Source of the DNA: a virus
Taxonomy: Duplodnaviria > Caudoviricetes
DNA: 45,972 bases
Strand: one strand, 5' to 3'
IMG/VR virus record: IMGVR_UViG_3300048852_000126
Span: 1 to 45,972 of that record
Below, one piece after another: positions 36,476 to 45,972 of the stretch; the first letter of the stretch is position 1, and each line of letters starts with the position of its first letter. The notes under the pieces are model-generated. The model worked only from the letters and a program-made list of their open reading frames with translations, did no database searches and was not told the origin of the DNA. Made by a program: the position numbers and the translations under genes.

Positions 36476-36857
36476 CGCACCGTTCACCCAACTGGAGAAT
36501 GGCTCAGTTTGGACGGCTGACGGGCGCGCCGTTATCTACGCCTCTGCAACGGCCATGTGTGGCCGCGCAGGGGAAGACCACTACGAGTGCCGGAAGGCCA
36601 AAGCCGATCTGAGGCTTAGCGTAGACCCTATCGTCTTGGCGCGCCTCAACTCTCATGAAGCCTTGGTGGCGGCGCTGGATCGCATCTTCTCCTACGTGTC
36701 TTACGTCAACATTCATGGCGTAGGCGAGCAACCGCCGCCGCGCGAAGACGGGCAGCCGCAGCCGATGCGGGTTCCGCCAGAAGAATTCGCCCGCATCTTC
36801 CAAGAGATCGGTCGGCTCGCAAGCGCAGCCCTCCAGCAGGCAGGAGGCGAGCAGTGA
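36456..36857 (+). CDS. Hypothetical phage protein
   Basis: MTEQKHTAPF...NSHEALVAAL. Confidence 0.7.
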   Translation: MTEQKHTAPFTQLENGSVWTADGRAVIYASATAMCGRAGEDHYECRKAKADLRLSVDPIVLARLNSHEALVAALDRIFSYVSYVNIHGVGEQPPPREDGQPQPMRVPPEEFARIFQEIGRLASAALQQAGGEQ

Positions 36858-37048
36858 CGCCCTTCCCCATCGAAACCGATCAGTATTTCGCCCAGCCCGA
36901 GCTGATGGCGGTGCTCCGCGAAATGCTCGCCCGCATCGACAACTGGCAAGACGATGCCGCGTACGGGATTTGCCCGCCATTGGGCGAGTTCGACAGGGCC
37001 CGGAATGACGTTCGCCGGCTGATGAACAAGTTCAAGGGAGCGGCCTGA
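36854..37048 (+). CDS. Hypothetical phage protein
   Basis: GTGA-coupled, GGAGG RBS. Confidence 0.6.
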   Translation: MTPFPIETDQYFAQPELMAVLREMLARIDNWQDDAAYGICPPLGEFDRARNDVRRLMNKFKGAA

Positions 37049-37317
37049 TGAGCAAGATCAACGACGGCGGGCCGGCGTTCCCCGTCCTTTACGGGCAGAC
37101 GAACGGCCAGGACGGCATGAGCCTTCGCGACTGGTTCGCCGCGACAATCGACGGCCTTTCCGAAGAGTGCGCGCCAGACGTGGGAGAAGCTTTAGTTGGG
37201 CGCCCTATGCCTGACGGCTGGATCGAGATCATGGCGTGGTGGGCGGAAGCCGATGCCGTGTATCGGTACATGCGGGCCGACGCCTTGCTCGCCGAGCGCG
37301 CGAAAGGCAGTGCGTGA
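37048..37317 (+). CDS. Conserved phage hypothetical protein (GGPAFP...GMSLRDWFA family)
   Basis: Widespread phage motif. Confidence 0.78.
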   Translation: MSKINDGGPAFPVLYGQTNGQDGMSLRDWFAATIDGLSEECAPDVGEALVGRPMPDGWIEIMAWWAEADAVYRYMRADALLAERAKGSA

Positions 37318-37439
37318 TGACCCGCGTCACCCGCACCCCTCGCTGCTACGCAGATTCCATCCCGGCGTTCATCCATGACTGTTGCGGCCTGCTCTCGGTC
37401 GCCGTGCTCGTCGCTGTCGCCGCGCTGGTGATGCCATGA
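37317..37439 (+). CDS. Small hydrophobic protein
   Basis: Coupled on both sides; C-terminal TM. Confidence 0.5.
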   Translation: MTRVTRTPRCYADSIPAFIHDCCGLLSVAVLVAVAALVMP

Positions 37440-37618
37440 GCGACCTCGTCACCGAAACCGCGTTCGCGATCTACCAGCAGTTCGCCCGAGAACGTGACCC
37501 CGACCGATCCAGGCGCCGCTTCGAAAAGCTGAAGGCGCCAATCCGAGAACAGTTTGAAGCGGAAGCAAAGGCGGCGATCCGCGTCGTCGAGACTTTCCGC
37601 ATGGGAGAGTATGCATGA
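37436..37618 (+). CDS. Hypothetical phage protein
   Basis: MSDLVTETAF...; ATGA-coupled on both sides. Confidence 0.62.
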   Translation: MSDLVTETAFAIYQQFARERDPDRSRRRFEKLKAPIREQFEAEAKAAIRVVETFRMGEYA

Positions 37619-38691
37619 GCCAGCAATCAACCGATCTGATCATCAAACTGCCCGCCGTGATGACGGCCGAGGCATTCACCAACGAGGAGGAGTTCGAAAA
37701 GCTCTATTCGAAGGTGAAGGAAGCTGTTGACCAGCACGTGGCCGACGTCAGCACGAAGACCGGCCGCGATGCGATAGCCTCCCTCGCTTACAAGGTCGCC
37801 AGGACAAAGACGGCGCTGATCGGCCAGGGCAAGAAGCTCACCGAGGATTGGCGCGACAAGACCAAGAAGGTCAATGCGGCCTGCAACCTGATCGAAGAAC
37901 GGCTCGACACCCTCAAGGAGGAAGTGCGCAAGCCTCTCACCGAATGGGAGCAAGCCGAGCAGGATCGCGTCGATGGTCACAAGGTCGGTCTCGAAGGCTT
38001 GATCTCGCTGACCAAGATCGGATTCGGTCGACCGTCGGCTGAATTGCGTGAACTGCTCGCCGATGCGCAAAAGGTGCCGATAGGCGCTGATCATTGGGAA
38101 GAGTTCGCGCCGCAGGCAAGTGTTGCCCGTCAAGATGCTATCGACACGCTGTCGCGCCTTCTCGCGGTTGCCGAGAAGCAGGAGGCCGAAGCGGAGGAAC
38201 TGGAGCGACTACGCGCCGAGAAGGCGGAGCGCGACCGGATCGAAGCCGAGCGCCTGGCTGCCGAAAACGCGCGGCGAGAAGCCGAAGAGCGCGCCGAGCG
38301 TGAGCGGCAAGCCGAAGCGGAGCGTGTCGAGCGCGAGGCACGTCTTGCCGAAGAAGCACGCCAGCAAGCCGCCCGTGAGGCACAGGAGCGCATCGAGGCT
38401 GCGGAGCGCGCGGCTGCAGAAACTAAGGAGCGAGCTGCCCGCGAAATAGCTGAGGCCAAGGCCAAGGCAGAGCGCGAGGCCGAAGAGGCCCGGCAGCGCG
38501 AAGCCGCGGCAAAGGCGGCAGAACAAGCGGAACAGCGCCGCCGGGACGCCGACAAGGCCCATCGCAAGCAGGTCAACAACGCCATCGTTGCCGAGCTCGT
38601 CGAGTGCGCAGGCATCACCGAAGACCAAGCTCAGAAGATCGTTGTGCATATGGTCAGCGGCTTGGTCCCCAACGTCACGCTCAAATACTGA
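37615..38691 (+). CDS. Coiled-coil phage protein in recombination module
   Basis: 'GRDAIASLAYKVARTKT', long E/A/R coiled coil, 'HRKQVNN...VPNVTLKY'. Confidence 0.8.
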   Translation: MSQQSTDLIIKLPAVMTAEAFTNEEEFEKLYSKVKEAVDQHVADVSTKTGRDAIASLAYKVARTKTALIGQGKKLTEDWRDKTKKVNAACNLIEERLDTLKEEVRKPLTEWEQAEQDRVDGHKVGLEGLISLTKIGFGRPSAELRELLADAQKVPIGADHWEEFAPQASVARQDAIDTLSRLLAVAEKQEAEAEELERLRAEKAERDRIEAERLAAENARREAEERAERERQAEAERVEREARLAEEARQQAAREAQERIEAAERAAAETKERAAREIAEAKAKAEREAEEARQREAAAKAAEQAEQRRRDADKAHRKQVNNAIVAELVECAGITEDQAQKIVVHMVSGLVPNVTLKY

Positions 38692-38705
38692 TCGGGGCTA
38701 CGAAC

Positions 38706-39698
38706 ATGACGTTTCAGCAGTTTGGCAGCCTCTATACCGACATCGTCGAGAAGGCTGCAGAGAAAGCCGGCTTCACCGAACACGAAGACGGGATTTATTT
38801 CGGCATGACCGACACCGTCTATCACGCCGATCGGGCGCTCGGCTCGACCAGCATCAAGAAGCTGATCGGCAATGCGCCGGACTTCTGGTGGGATAGCTGG
38901 ATGAACCCGGCTCGGGACGGCGACGATGACACGCCGTCCAAGATCTTCGGTCGCCAGTTGCATATGTGCGTGCTGGAAGGGGCGGAGAAGTTCAAGGCCC
39001 GCCACGCGCCGCAATACGGCAAGGGGAACACGAAGGAAGGCAAGTCCGAGATCGCCGACATCGTCGCTTCGGGCAAGGTGCCGGTGAAATTCAAGGACTA
39101 CGGCAAGATCCTCGCCGCATCGGCCTTCATCAAGGCGAACAAGACCCTGGCCAATGCGTTCGACGGAGGACAGCCCGAGGTCTCGGTGTTCTGGACAATC
39201 GACGGCATCCGCTACAAGGCCCGCTTCGACTACCTGAAGATGAACGCCATCACCGACTTGAAGTCCCTGGCCAATCCATACGGCAAGGAGTTCGAAAAGG
39301 CCTGTCGGGATGCCGTGGCCAGCTATGACTATCTGGTCTCCGCCGAGCATTATTCGGAAGGGCGCCGGCAGATGAAGCGGCTCCGCGATCAGGGCAAGGT
39401 ATTCGGTTCCCATGATCCGGAATGGCTGGCGAAGGTCGCTGCCAACGAGATTTTCGCGTTCGTCTTCGTGTTTTGGCAGAAGGACGGCGCCCCGGTTTCG
39501 CACGGTGTGAAGCTCTCACCCGGCAACCCTCTCTTTGGCTATGCCCGCCAGATGATCGGCAAGGCCGTACACAACTACCGTCGGTTCATGAACGAGTTCG
39601 GGACCGACGCCGCCTGGGTGCCCTCCACACAGCTTGAAGAACTCGACGAGACCGATTTGCCGGTCTGGTACCAGCAACGCCTCATGACCGGAGCCTAA
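38706..39698 (+). CDS. PD-(D/E)XK exonuclease (RecE/ExoVIII-like)
   Basis: 'YHAD', 'PEVSVFW', 'KARFDYL...ITDLKS'; upstream of RecT. Confidence 0.85.
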   Translation: MTFQQFGSLYTDIVEKAAEKAGFTEHEDGIYFGMTDTVYHADRALGSTSIKKLIGNAPDFWWDSWMNPARDGDDDTPSKIFGRQLHMCVLEGAEKFKARHAPQYGKGNTKEGKSEIADIVASGKVPVKFKDYGKILAASAFIKANKTLANAFDGGQPEVSVFWTIDGIRYKARFDYLKMNAITDLKSLANPYGKEFEKACRDAVASYDYLVSAEHYSEGRRQMKRLRDQGKVFGSHDPEWLAKVAANEIFAFVFVFWQKDGAPVSHGVKLSPGNPLFGYARQMIGKAVHNYRRFMNEFGTDAAWVPSTQLEELDETDLPVWYQQRLMTGA

Positions 39699-39699
39699 G

Positions 39700-40803
39700 A
39701 TGAATCAACTCGTCAAATCCGAAAAGCTTGGCTCTCAGGTCGCGATGACCAACAGCGCAGGCGGGTTTGCGGTAACACCGCAGACGCTTAGCGACATCGT
39801 CGAGTTCGCCAGGTTCATGTGCCAGTCGAACGCCGGCATCCCTGCATTCCTGCGCGGCAATGGCCCGGACTGCGCCGCCGTGATCATGCAGGCCATGAAG
39901 TGGGGCTTCGATCCGTTCTCGGTTGCCCAGAAGTCCTACAAGGTGAAGGACATCATCGCGTACGAGGCCCAACTGATCGCCGCAGTGATCAATGCGAGGT
40001 CTGGTATTAAGGGGCGCTTACGGTACGAGTTCGCCGGCGAAGGCGACGATCTGACATGCACGGTCACCGGAAATCTGGATGGCGTCGAGTGCGTCTATAC
40101 CTCTCCGCGTGTCGGTAACATCACCACCAAGAACTCCCCCCTCTGGAAAACCGACCCTCAGCAGCAGCTCGGCTATTACAGCGCCCGCAACTGGGCACGC
40201 CGTCACTGCCCCGAGGTCATCCTTGGCGCCTATGACCGCGACGAGGCCGAAGAGTTCCGCGGGCCCGAACGCGCGAAGAACATCACACCGACATTCGACC
40301 CACTGTCAGATGAGCCGCCCGCATCTCGACGTGTGGCTATCGACGAGACCGCTGAACGCGGCGGCGCTGGAACCGAACAAGAACCATCATCGGACGTCTC
40401 CACCGATGATGCAGGCGGTGAGGACACCGCCGATGGGGGCGCTGGCGACGCTGGCGCCCCCATAGATACCGCCGAGGCGGATGGGGCCGGTGATGGAGCG
40501 GCTGATGGTCAGTCCGCGGCGCCGGCCCCGGGTGAACTGTCAGATGAGCAGAACAAGAAGCTGTTCGTCCTCGAGGAATGCGCTGATGCCATGTTCGCGG
40601 CTGCAACGCACATGAATGCATCCGAGCGCGTCGACAGGCTTGATAAGGTCCGCATGGCCTGGCTTGCGGAACTGCCCAAAGACAAGGAGTTCGTCCAGAA
40701 GGCATACGAGACCTGCGCCCGTCTGATCGAGAACCCGACAGGCCGTGATCAGGTGATGCCCTATCTCAAGGGGCAGGCTCGGAAGTGGCTGGGGGTGCTG
40801 TGA
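39700..40803 (+). CDS. recT: RecT-family single-strand annealing protein
   Basis: 'QAMKWGFDPFSVAQK...AYEAQL...NSPLWKTDPQQQLGY...WARRHCPEVILG'. Confidence 0.85.
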   Translation: MNQLVKSEKLGSQVAMTNSAGGFAVTPQTLSDIVEFARFMCQSNAGIPAFLRGNGPDCAAVIMQAMKWGFDPFSVAQKSYKVKDIIAYEAQLIAAVINARSGIKGRLRYEFAGEGDDLTCTVTGNLDGVECVYTSPRVGNITTKNSPLWKTDPQQQLGYYSARNWARRHCPEVILGAYDRDEAEEFRGPERAKNITPTFDPLSDEPPASRRVAIDETAERGGAGTEQEPSSDVSTDDAGGEDTADGGAGDAGAPIDTAEADGAGDGAADGQSAAPAPGELSDEQNKKLFVLEECADAMFAAATHMNASERVDRLDKVRMAWLAELPKDKEFVQKAYETCARLIENPTGRDQVMPYLKGQARKWLGVL

Positions 40804-41714
40804 TGGGCGAGATCACCGCAATCAGCTGGTGCGATGCGACCTTTAACCCCTGGATTGGATGTACCAAGGTCTCCCCGGCGTGCGACGGCTGCTATGCCGA
40901 GGCGCTGATGGACAAGCGCTATGGGCGCGTCGAGTGGGGGGCGCCTGGAAAGGGAAACGGCACGCGCGTTCGGACGTCGGACGGCAACTGGCGCCAGCCG
41001 ATCCGCTGGAACAAGAAGGCACAGGAGGCGGGCACACGCCCCTTCGTCTTCTGCTCGTCGCTCGCCGACGTCTTCGACAATCAGGTGCCGACCGAATGGC
41101 GGCGAGACCTATTCGAGCTGATCATCAAGACGCCGAATCTCGTCTGGCTTCTGCTGACGAAGCGGCCGCAGAATATCGTGAAGCTGTTCGATGAGATCAG
41201 CCACACACGAGATGAGTGGCCTCGGAATGCCGCGATCGGCACCACGATCGAGGACCAGAAGCGCGCAGATGTGAACGAGCCCGCTCTGGTGAACGCCGCG
41301 GCCGAACTCAATCCCGCCTTCACCTTCGTCTCATGCGAGCCGCTGCTCGAAGGGTTCAGGCTTCGCCATCTGTATCCGACGGAAGAGCAGCCGCGGATTG
41401 ATTGGGTCATCACCGGCGGCGAGACGGACCAGGGCGGCCACAAGGCGCGGCCGACGCATCCCGACTGGTACCGTAGCCTGCGCGACCAGTGCGCGGCAGC
41501 GGGCGTCGCCTATCACCACAAGCAGAATGGAGAGTGGCGGCACGCGCCAGACCGTGCCCATTTCAAGGAAGCGATCCGTGAGCCGTGGACCCGGGTTTGG
41601 GCCGGTTCAGAGGGAGTGCGGCCTGCATTCATGGTCAAGGAAGGCAAAGGTAAAACCGGCCGCCACCTCGATGGCGTCGAGCACAATGCTCGGCCGGAGG
41701 TGATGGCGGCATGA
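40803..41714 (+). CDS. DUF5131 (phage Gp37/Gp68) radical-SAM-like protein
   Basis: 'ISWCDATFNPWIGCTKVSPACDGCYA', 'LLTKRP', 'WVITGGE'. Confidence 0.9.
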   Translation: MGEITAISWCDATFNPWIGCTKVSPACDGCYAEALMDKRYGRVEWGAPGKGNGTRVRTSDGNWRQPIRWNKKAQEAGTRPFVFCSSLADVFDNQVPTEWRRDLFELIIKTPNLVWLLLTKRPQNIVKLFDEISHTRDEWPRNAAIGTTIEDQKRADVNEPALVNAAAELNPAFTFVSCEPLLEGFRLRHLYPTEEQPRIDWVITGGETDQGGHKARPTHPDWYRSLRDQCAAAGVAYHHKQNGEWRHAPDRAHFKEAIREPWTRVWAGSEGVRPAFMVKEGKGKTGRHLDGVEHNARPEVMAA

Positions 41715-42103
41715 CCCAGACCAAGGAATTTCCTACCGGTGCTGTTCTGTCGGTTGTGACCGGCATCCTCGTCTCTGAAAACCATATGGACGGCGTCTAT
41801 GAGGTGCTGAACTGGATGACGGGCGAGAGCCTATTCACCCATCAACTCCCGCGCGTCGGGCGTGAGGCTGAACCGGTCATTCTCGCCGTGCATCCCGAAC
41901 TCGAGCAGGCGAAGGAAGAGGCCGATCAGGTCAATGGCGACAACTGGCGCGAATGGCTGAAGACCTGGAAAGGACGGTACGGCGAGACGATCAGCGTCCC
42001 AAGGATGCCGATCGCCGAGCACGAGCGCATCGATCCGCATTCCGAGTTGGCGGAGAAAGTTCATCCAGACCGCGTGATTGTCGTGGGAGGAGACCGTGGC
42101 TGA
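41711..42103 (+). CDS. Hypothetical phage protein
   Basis: ATGA-coupled; 'WMTGESLFTHQLPRV'. Confidence 0.72.
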   Translation: MTQTKEFPTGAVLSVVTGILVSENHMDGVYEVLNWMTGESLFTHQLPRVGREAEPVILAVHPELEQAKEEADQVNGDNWREWLKTWKGRYGETISVPRMPIAEHERIDPHSELAEKVHPDRVIVVGGDRG

Positions 42104-42752
42104 CCTTCCCATCCTCTTTTCCGGCCCCATGGTTCGCGCAGTCCTACGCGAGATCGAGCAGCCAGGCACCGGCAAGACGCAGACGCGGCGGGTTCTATCG
42201 AACAGCAAACCGAACAGCCTGTTCAACGGGCAATGGGCGGACAGCTATGTGCTCGACCCTGGCAACGCCTCCTGGCGTGAGCAGGAATTGCGCTATGCGG
42301 TCGGTGACCGCCTCTATGTCCGCGAGCATTGGCGAACTCACTCGGTTCTAGACGGGGATTCTCCGAGCGAACTTCAAGGCGTTCGCGTCTGGTATGAGGC
42401 TGATCCTGGTTACAAGCCTCAAAGCCGCTTCCGTCAGGCGATGCACATGCCCCGCTGGGCGAGCCGCATCACTCTGATCGTCACTGATGTCCGCGTCCAG
42501 CGGCTGCAGGAGATCAGCGAGGAAGATGCAATCGCCGAAGGCCTCGAAGGCGATCACATCAATGCGTGGCGCTGTTATCTGCCTGAGCCGAAGGGACAGA
42601 CGCACTGGGCTTGTCCCCGCCAAAGCTTTCGCACCCTTTGGGACAGCCTAAACGCCGAGCGCGGCTTCGGCTGGAACGTTAACGCATGGGTTGCCGCCTA
42701 TACGTTCCGGCCGATCGCCGGCAACATCGATCAGATCGCGGAGGCGGCTTGA
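42096..42752 (+). CDS. ASCH/PUA-like phage protein
   Basis: 'PILFSGPMVRA...KTQTRR...GDRLYVRE...HMPRWASRITL'. Confidence 0.8.
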   Translation: MADLPILFSGPMVRAVLREIEQPGTGKTQTRRVLSNSKPNSLFNGQWADSYVLDPGNASWREQELRYAVGDRLYVREHWRTHSVLDGDSPSELQGVRVWYEADPGYKPQSRFRQAMHMPRWASRITLIVTDVRVQRLQEISEEDAIAEGLEGDHINAWRCYLPEPKGQTHWACPRQSFRTLWDSLNAERGFGWNVNAWVAAYTFRPIAGNIDQIAEAA

Positions 42753-43166
42753 ATGGCTCGCACCGTCAAAGAATGGGTCGGCAAGTCCGACGACGCGAAC
42801 CCACCCCGGGCATGCAAGCAGCGGATCCTTGCCAGACAGGACGGCAAATGCGCCGTCACCGGAAAGCCGTTCACGCCGAAGGAGAAGCCGCAGTTCGATC
42901 ACATCGTGCCGCTGTGGCTTGGTGGGGAGAACCGGGAGTCCAACCTGCAGGCGATCCACGGTGAGCCACATAAGCGCAAGACAGCGACCGAGGCCGCTGT
43001 CAGGGCCAAGGTGAATGCGAACGCGGCGAAGCATCTGGGCCTGACAGACCGCCGGAAGCAGAAAATCCCAACGCGGCCGCAACCGCCCAGGCCGGCGCCG
43101 AAGTTGGATTTTACCAAGCGCCGCTCCCTATTCGTTCCGAAGGAAGATCCCCATGCAGATCGATGA
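42753..43166 (+). CDS. HNH endonuclease
   Basis: 'FDHIVPLWLGGENRESNLQAI...HKRKT'. Confidence 0.82.
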   Translation: MARTVKEWVGKSDDANPPRACKQRILARQDGKCAVTGKPFTPKEKPQFDHIVPLWLGGENRESNLQAIHGEPHKRKTATEAAVRAKVNANAAKHLGLTDRRKQKIPTRPQPPRPAPKLDFTKRRSLFVPKEDPHADR

Positions 43167-43782
43167 CAAGGCCGTCGCGGCCTACAAGGCCGGGTACGAA
43201 GCGTACATGGCGCGATTCCTGGCGGGTGGCGTCTTCGACAAGGACGAGGCAACCAGGGCAGGTCTTGAAGCCGTAGTCGCCCTATCCACCCCCGCCCCTG
43301 CCAGCACAGGGGAGGATAAGCCGATAGCTTGGACAGGTTCAGGCTCCTTGATGGCGCTTGCCGATGGCAGAGAAGGTTATATTTGGCCTTGCCCTGCGGG
43401 CGCTCATCCGATCCCCCTCTACGACCACCCCGAACAGCCAGCGGTGGCGATAAAGCCGCTGATGGAAGCGGCCCGTCATCTTCTTGAAGTCGGAGAATTT
43501 TGCAGGACCGACGACACAGAAAGCGCTCTGCGCCAATTGCGCGCCGCCATCGAGCAGCTAGAGACCGAGCTTGTAGCCCCCGCTTCTCCCGCGGGATGGG
43601 TGATGGTGCCGGAAGCCGAGTTCAATGCGCTGTACAAGGAGGGAGAACGGCTCGCTCGCCTCAACGACTACGAGATACGCTTAGACTACATGATCGCCAA
43701 GCATAAGTTCGATTTCGTGATAGCTGGCAACGCTGCCGAAGAGCGTCCCGCCGCCCCATCCCAGCCAAAGGGAGGGGAGTGA
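43153..43782 (+). CDS. Hypothetical mosaic phage protein
   Basis: 209 aa; 'PIAW..PLY', 'PAGWVMVP' modules. Confidence 0.68.
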   Translation: MQIDDKAVAAYKAGYEAYMARFLAGGVFDKDEATRAGLEAVVALSTPAPASTGEDKPIAWTGSGSLMALADGREGYIWPCPAGAHPIPLYDHPEQPAVAIKPLMEAARHLLEVGEFCRTDDTESALRQLRAAIEQLETELVAPASPAGWVMVPEAEFNALYKEGERLARLNDYEIRLDYMIAKHKFDFVIAGNAAEERPAAPSQPKGGE

Positions 43783-43783
43783 G

Positions 43784-44011
43784 ATGGCCGATATCCCATA
43801 CTGGAAAGCGCTCAAGATAGTTCGGGCGGCTGGAATGTCGGTCGAGGATGGTCTCGCCTTCACTGTCTGCGGTGGCCAGCTTGTCAACGGTGAGGATGCT
43901 CCCGATTACATCAAGGAAGTCAACGGCTCCCCCGTGGACGAAGCCGCCGCAGCGATCATAGAGGCGGAAGGCCGCGCCGCCCTGTCGGAGGAAAGCCATG
44001 ACCGGGGCTGA
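43784..44011 (+). CDS. Hypothetical phage protein
   Basis: Strong RBS, in operon. Confidence 0.62.
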   Translation: MADIPYWKALKIVRAAGMSVEDGLAFTVCGGQLVNGEDAPDYIKEVNGSPVDEAAAAIIEAEGRAALSEESHDRG

Positions 44012-44192
44012 TCTGGACAAGGAAATCGCCAAGCTTGAGCAAAGGCGCAAGGACTTGGCCAAGCTGATCGTTCACACGTTCGACGCTTCCGAGATGGAAG
44101 AGGCAACCAAGGCGCTCCAGCGCACGAAGGCACGCCTCGGACGACTCCTCCTCGCCCGAGACAAGCAGCAGCGGCCGGAGGTTTACCGATGA
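43998..44192 (+). CDS. Hypothetical phage protein
   Basis: GGAGG RBS, 64 aa. Confidence 0.6.
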   Translation: MTGADLDKEIAKLEQRRKDLAKLIVHTFDASEMEEATKALQRTKARLGRLLLARDKQQRPEVYR

Positions 44193-44578
44193 CAGGGGCT
44201 GACATCGTGGAGCGGCTGCGAGCAAGGACGTTCTCTCGTTGGGAGAGCGACATTCAGGCCGTCATGGAATACGAGGATGACCTGTGCGCCGAAGCAGCCG
44301 ACGAGATCGAGCGGCTACGGCGCGAGCGGGACGCTTTGGCAAAAGCCATCGATCCAGAAGATAACCGTCCAGCGCTCATGGCTCGGATCATTATGGCGAG
44401 CGTTGAAAGATTGGTGCGCGCGGAAGCCGCCGAAGCCAAGATATCGGAGATGCGGAAAGACATGGCGGACGCCGAGGAGCTTATCAGGCTGCACGGCAAG
44501 CCGTGGCCGGCACCAATGCTCGACGTGTGGCGCATCCTCTCGGGCGCCCTCTCCGATGCCAAGGAGCAGGCGGGATGA
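44189..44578 (+). CDS. Hypothetical phage protein
   Basis: 'DIVERLR...EAADEIERLR' common phage motif. Confidence 0.72.
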   Translation: MTGADIVERLRARTFSRWESDIQAVMEYEDDLCAEAADEIERLRRERDALAKAIDPEDNRPALMARIIMASVERLVRAEAAEAKISEMRKDMADAEELIRLHGKPWPAPMLDVWRILSGALSDAKEQAG

Positions 44579-44823
44579 AGTCCGACACGATCGCTTACGT
44601 CCCGAGGGGCCTGCGGCGTGAAGAAGCAGCCCGCTACGTCGGCGTGGGAGCAACGGTCTTTGACCGGATGGTAGCCGACGGCCGCATGCCCAAACCAAAG
44701 CGCGTAGATGGCTGTGTAGTGTGGGATCGGGTCAAGCTCGATGCCGCATTCACCGATCTGCCGGGGGATGACCAGGAAAACATCGTCGACTTTCTCTTGC
44801 AGGGTCGGCATCGGAAGGCATAG
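44575..44823 (+). CDS. xis: Excisionase / AlpA-like HTH protein
   Basis: 'PRGLRREEAARYVGVG..VFDRMVADGRMPKP...VWDR' directly upstream of integrase. Confidence 0.82.
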   Translation: MKSDTIAYVPRGLRREEAARYVGVGATVFDRMVADGRMPKPKRVDGCVVWDRVKLDAAFTDLPGDDQENIVDFLLQGRHRKA

Positions 44824-44832
44824 CCTCGCCGC

Positions 44833-45972
44833 ATGATCCTTTTCGGTGAAGACTTCCCTGGTGTTTCCACTTACGCAGACCGGCATGGCCGGCCGCGATG
44901 GCGGTATCGGTCGAAGGGAAGAACGGTCCAGCTTCCTGCACCGGATGAAGATGAGGCCGCTTTCCGCGAGCACTATGAAGCCGCTGTCGAGGGTCGCGAG
45001 CCGAAGAAGGCAGAAGTGGTCGCCATGCCTGGGGCGGCCCTGCCTGAGACATTCGCCGCCGCCTTTCGGATGCTCAAGGTCACGGCGAAGTGGATCTCCT
45101 ACGACGACGCGACGAAAAAGAAGAACACCGATCTGATTGAGGAATTCCTCGTTCGCAGGATTGTTGACGATCACCCCCTCACCTGGGCACAGGTACCGGT
45201 CAAGAGCATGCGCCTGGCTCATGTTGAGGAGCTCTTAGGCGCCTACGCTACTACCCCGCACAAGGCGAAGCATTTGCTGACAGCGATCCGCAAGCTGATC
45301 AGGGTAGCCGCGCGAGACGGGTGGATCGACGTCGACCCCACGCACCTTGTCGAGTGGCGCCCTGCTTACAAGGGATGGAAGGCCTGGCCCGCTGAGGTAA
45401 TGGCGAAATTCGAGGCACGTTGGGCGCCGGGAACCGCCGCGCGCACGTGCTACGCCTTGGCGCTATGGCTTGGCAATCGCCGCGGGAATGTTGCGGGGCT
45501 TCGCTGGGATCAACGCTGCACGAAGCGCATCGTAATCGAAGGCGAAGAACGCAGCATCGACGGGTTCGATATCGTGCCGAAGAAAAACGCACGCCGTAAC
45601 GGGGAGAAACGTCTTTTCTTGCCGATCACTCCGATGCTCGAGGAAGCACTCGACGCTGCACCGCGGGTAACAGACACGATCCTGGCAACCGCGTACGGCA
45701 ATCCTTTTTCCGAGAAGTCCCTAACTGGCATGATGGCACATTGGACCAAGCTCGCCGGGATCGAAAGCGGCTATACGCTCCACGGTCTACGCAAGTCCCT
45801 GGGCGTGTATCTGGCCGAGGCGGAGGCATCCACGCGTCAATTGATGGAAGTGCTCGGGCACGACGACATAGACCATGCCGAGCTCTATTCGCGAGAAGCG
45901 TCGCAGATTCGCTTGGCCGTGACCGGCATGGAGCGGGTGGTGCGGCTTGTCGGCAGGGCAGCCAAGAAATGA
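44833..45972 (+). CDS. int: Tyrosine recombinase / phage integrase
   Basis: Catalytic R (GNRRG), HGLRK, LGH, Y (ELYSR). Confidence 0.93.
   Translation: MILFGEDFPGVSTYADRHGRPRWRYRSKGRTVQLPAPDEDEAAFREHYEAAVEGREPKKAEVVAMPGAALPETFAAAFRMLKVTAKWISYDDATKKKNTDLIEEFLVRRIVDDHPLTWAQVPVKSMRLAHVEELLGAYATTPHKAKHLLTAIRKLIRVAARDGWIDVDPTHLVEWRPAYKGWKAWPAEVMAKFEARWAPGTAARTCYALALWLGNRRGNVAGLRWDQRCTKRIVIEGEERSIDGFDIVPKKNARRNGEKRLFLPITPMLEEALDAAPRVTDTILATAYGNPFSEKSLTGMMAHWTKLAGIESGYTLHGLRKSLGVYLAEAEASTRQLMEVLGHDDIDHAELYSREASQIRLAVTGMERVVRLVGRAAKK

Larger units (their letters stand above)
1..45972. mobile_element. Temperate prophage (siphovirus-type tail), truncated at left; integrase at right edge
   Basis: Lambdoid-like module order: tail, head, terminase, replication, cro/cI, recombination, xis/int. 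Confidence 0.96.

Noticed and set aside
37615-38691. TolA-like envelope protein
   Set aside because: Similarity would be compositional (E/A/R/K coiled coil); no TM anchor

Overview
The window is almost entirely one temperate, GC-rich siphovirus-type prophage, most likely of an alphaproteobacterium (Rhizobiales-like; inferred from protein families and an alphaproteobacterial-type LexA box). The minus strand carries cro, early/replication genes (LexA-like wHTH, RusA, two DNA methyltransferase-type genes, helicase, TOPRIM primase), terminases, a DUF1073/DUF2213/DUF2184 head module and a tail module that runs off the left edge. The plus strand carries the cI-like repressor and a PL operon (small genes, RecE/RecT-like pair, DUF5131, HNH, excisionase) ending in a tyrosine integrase at the right edge. 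No lysis genes, att sites, tRNA or CRISPR array are visible. The most notable region is 33-35.3 kb. It holds a repressor with no S24 autocleavage domain, five CGGT-N6-ACCG operators, an exact GAAC-N7-GAAC SOS box upstream of a small gene overlapping cI antisense, and a short initiator-like wHTH gene ending on iteron-like repeats. A LexA DNA-binding-domain mimic lies in the cro operon. Product calls come from motif recognition and synteny, not database searches.
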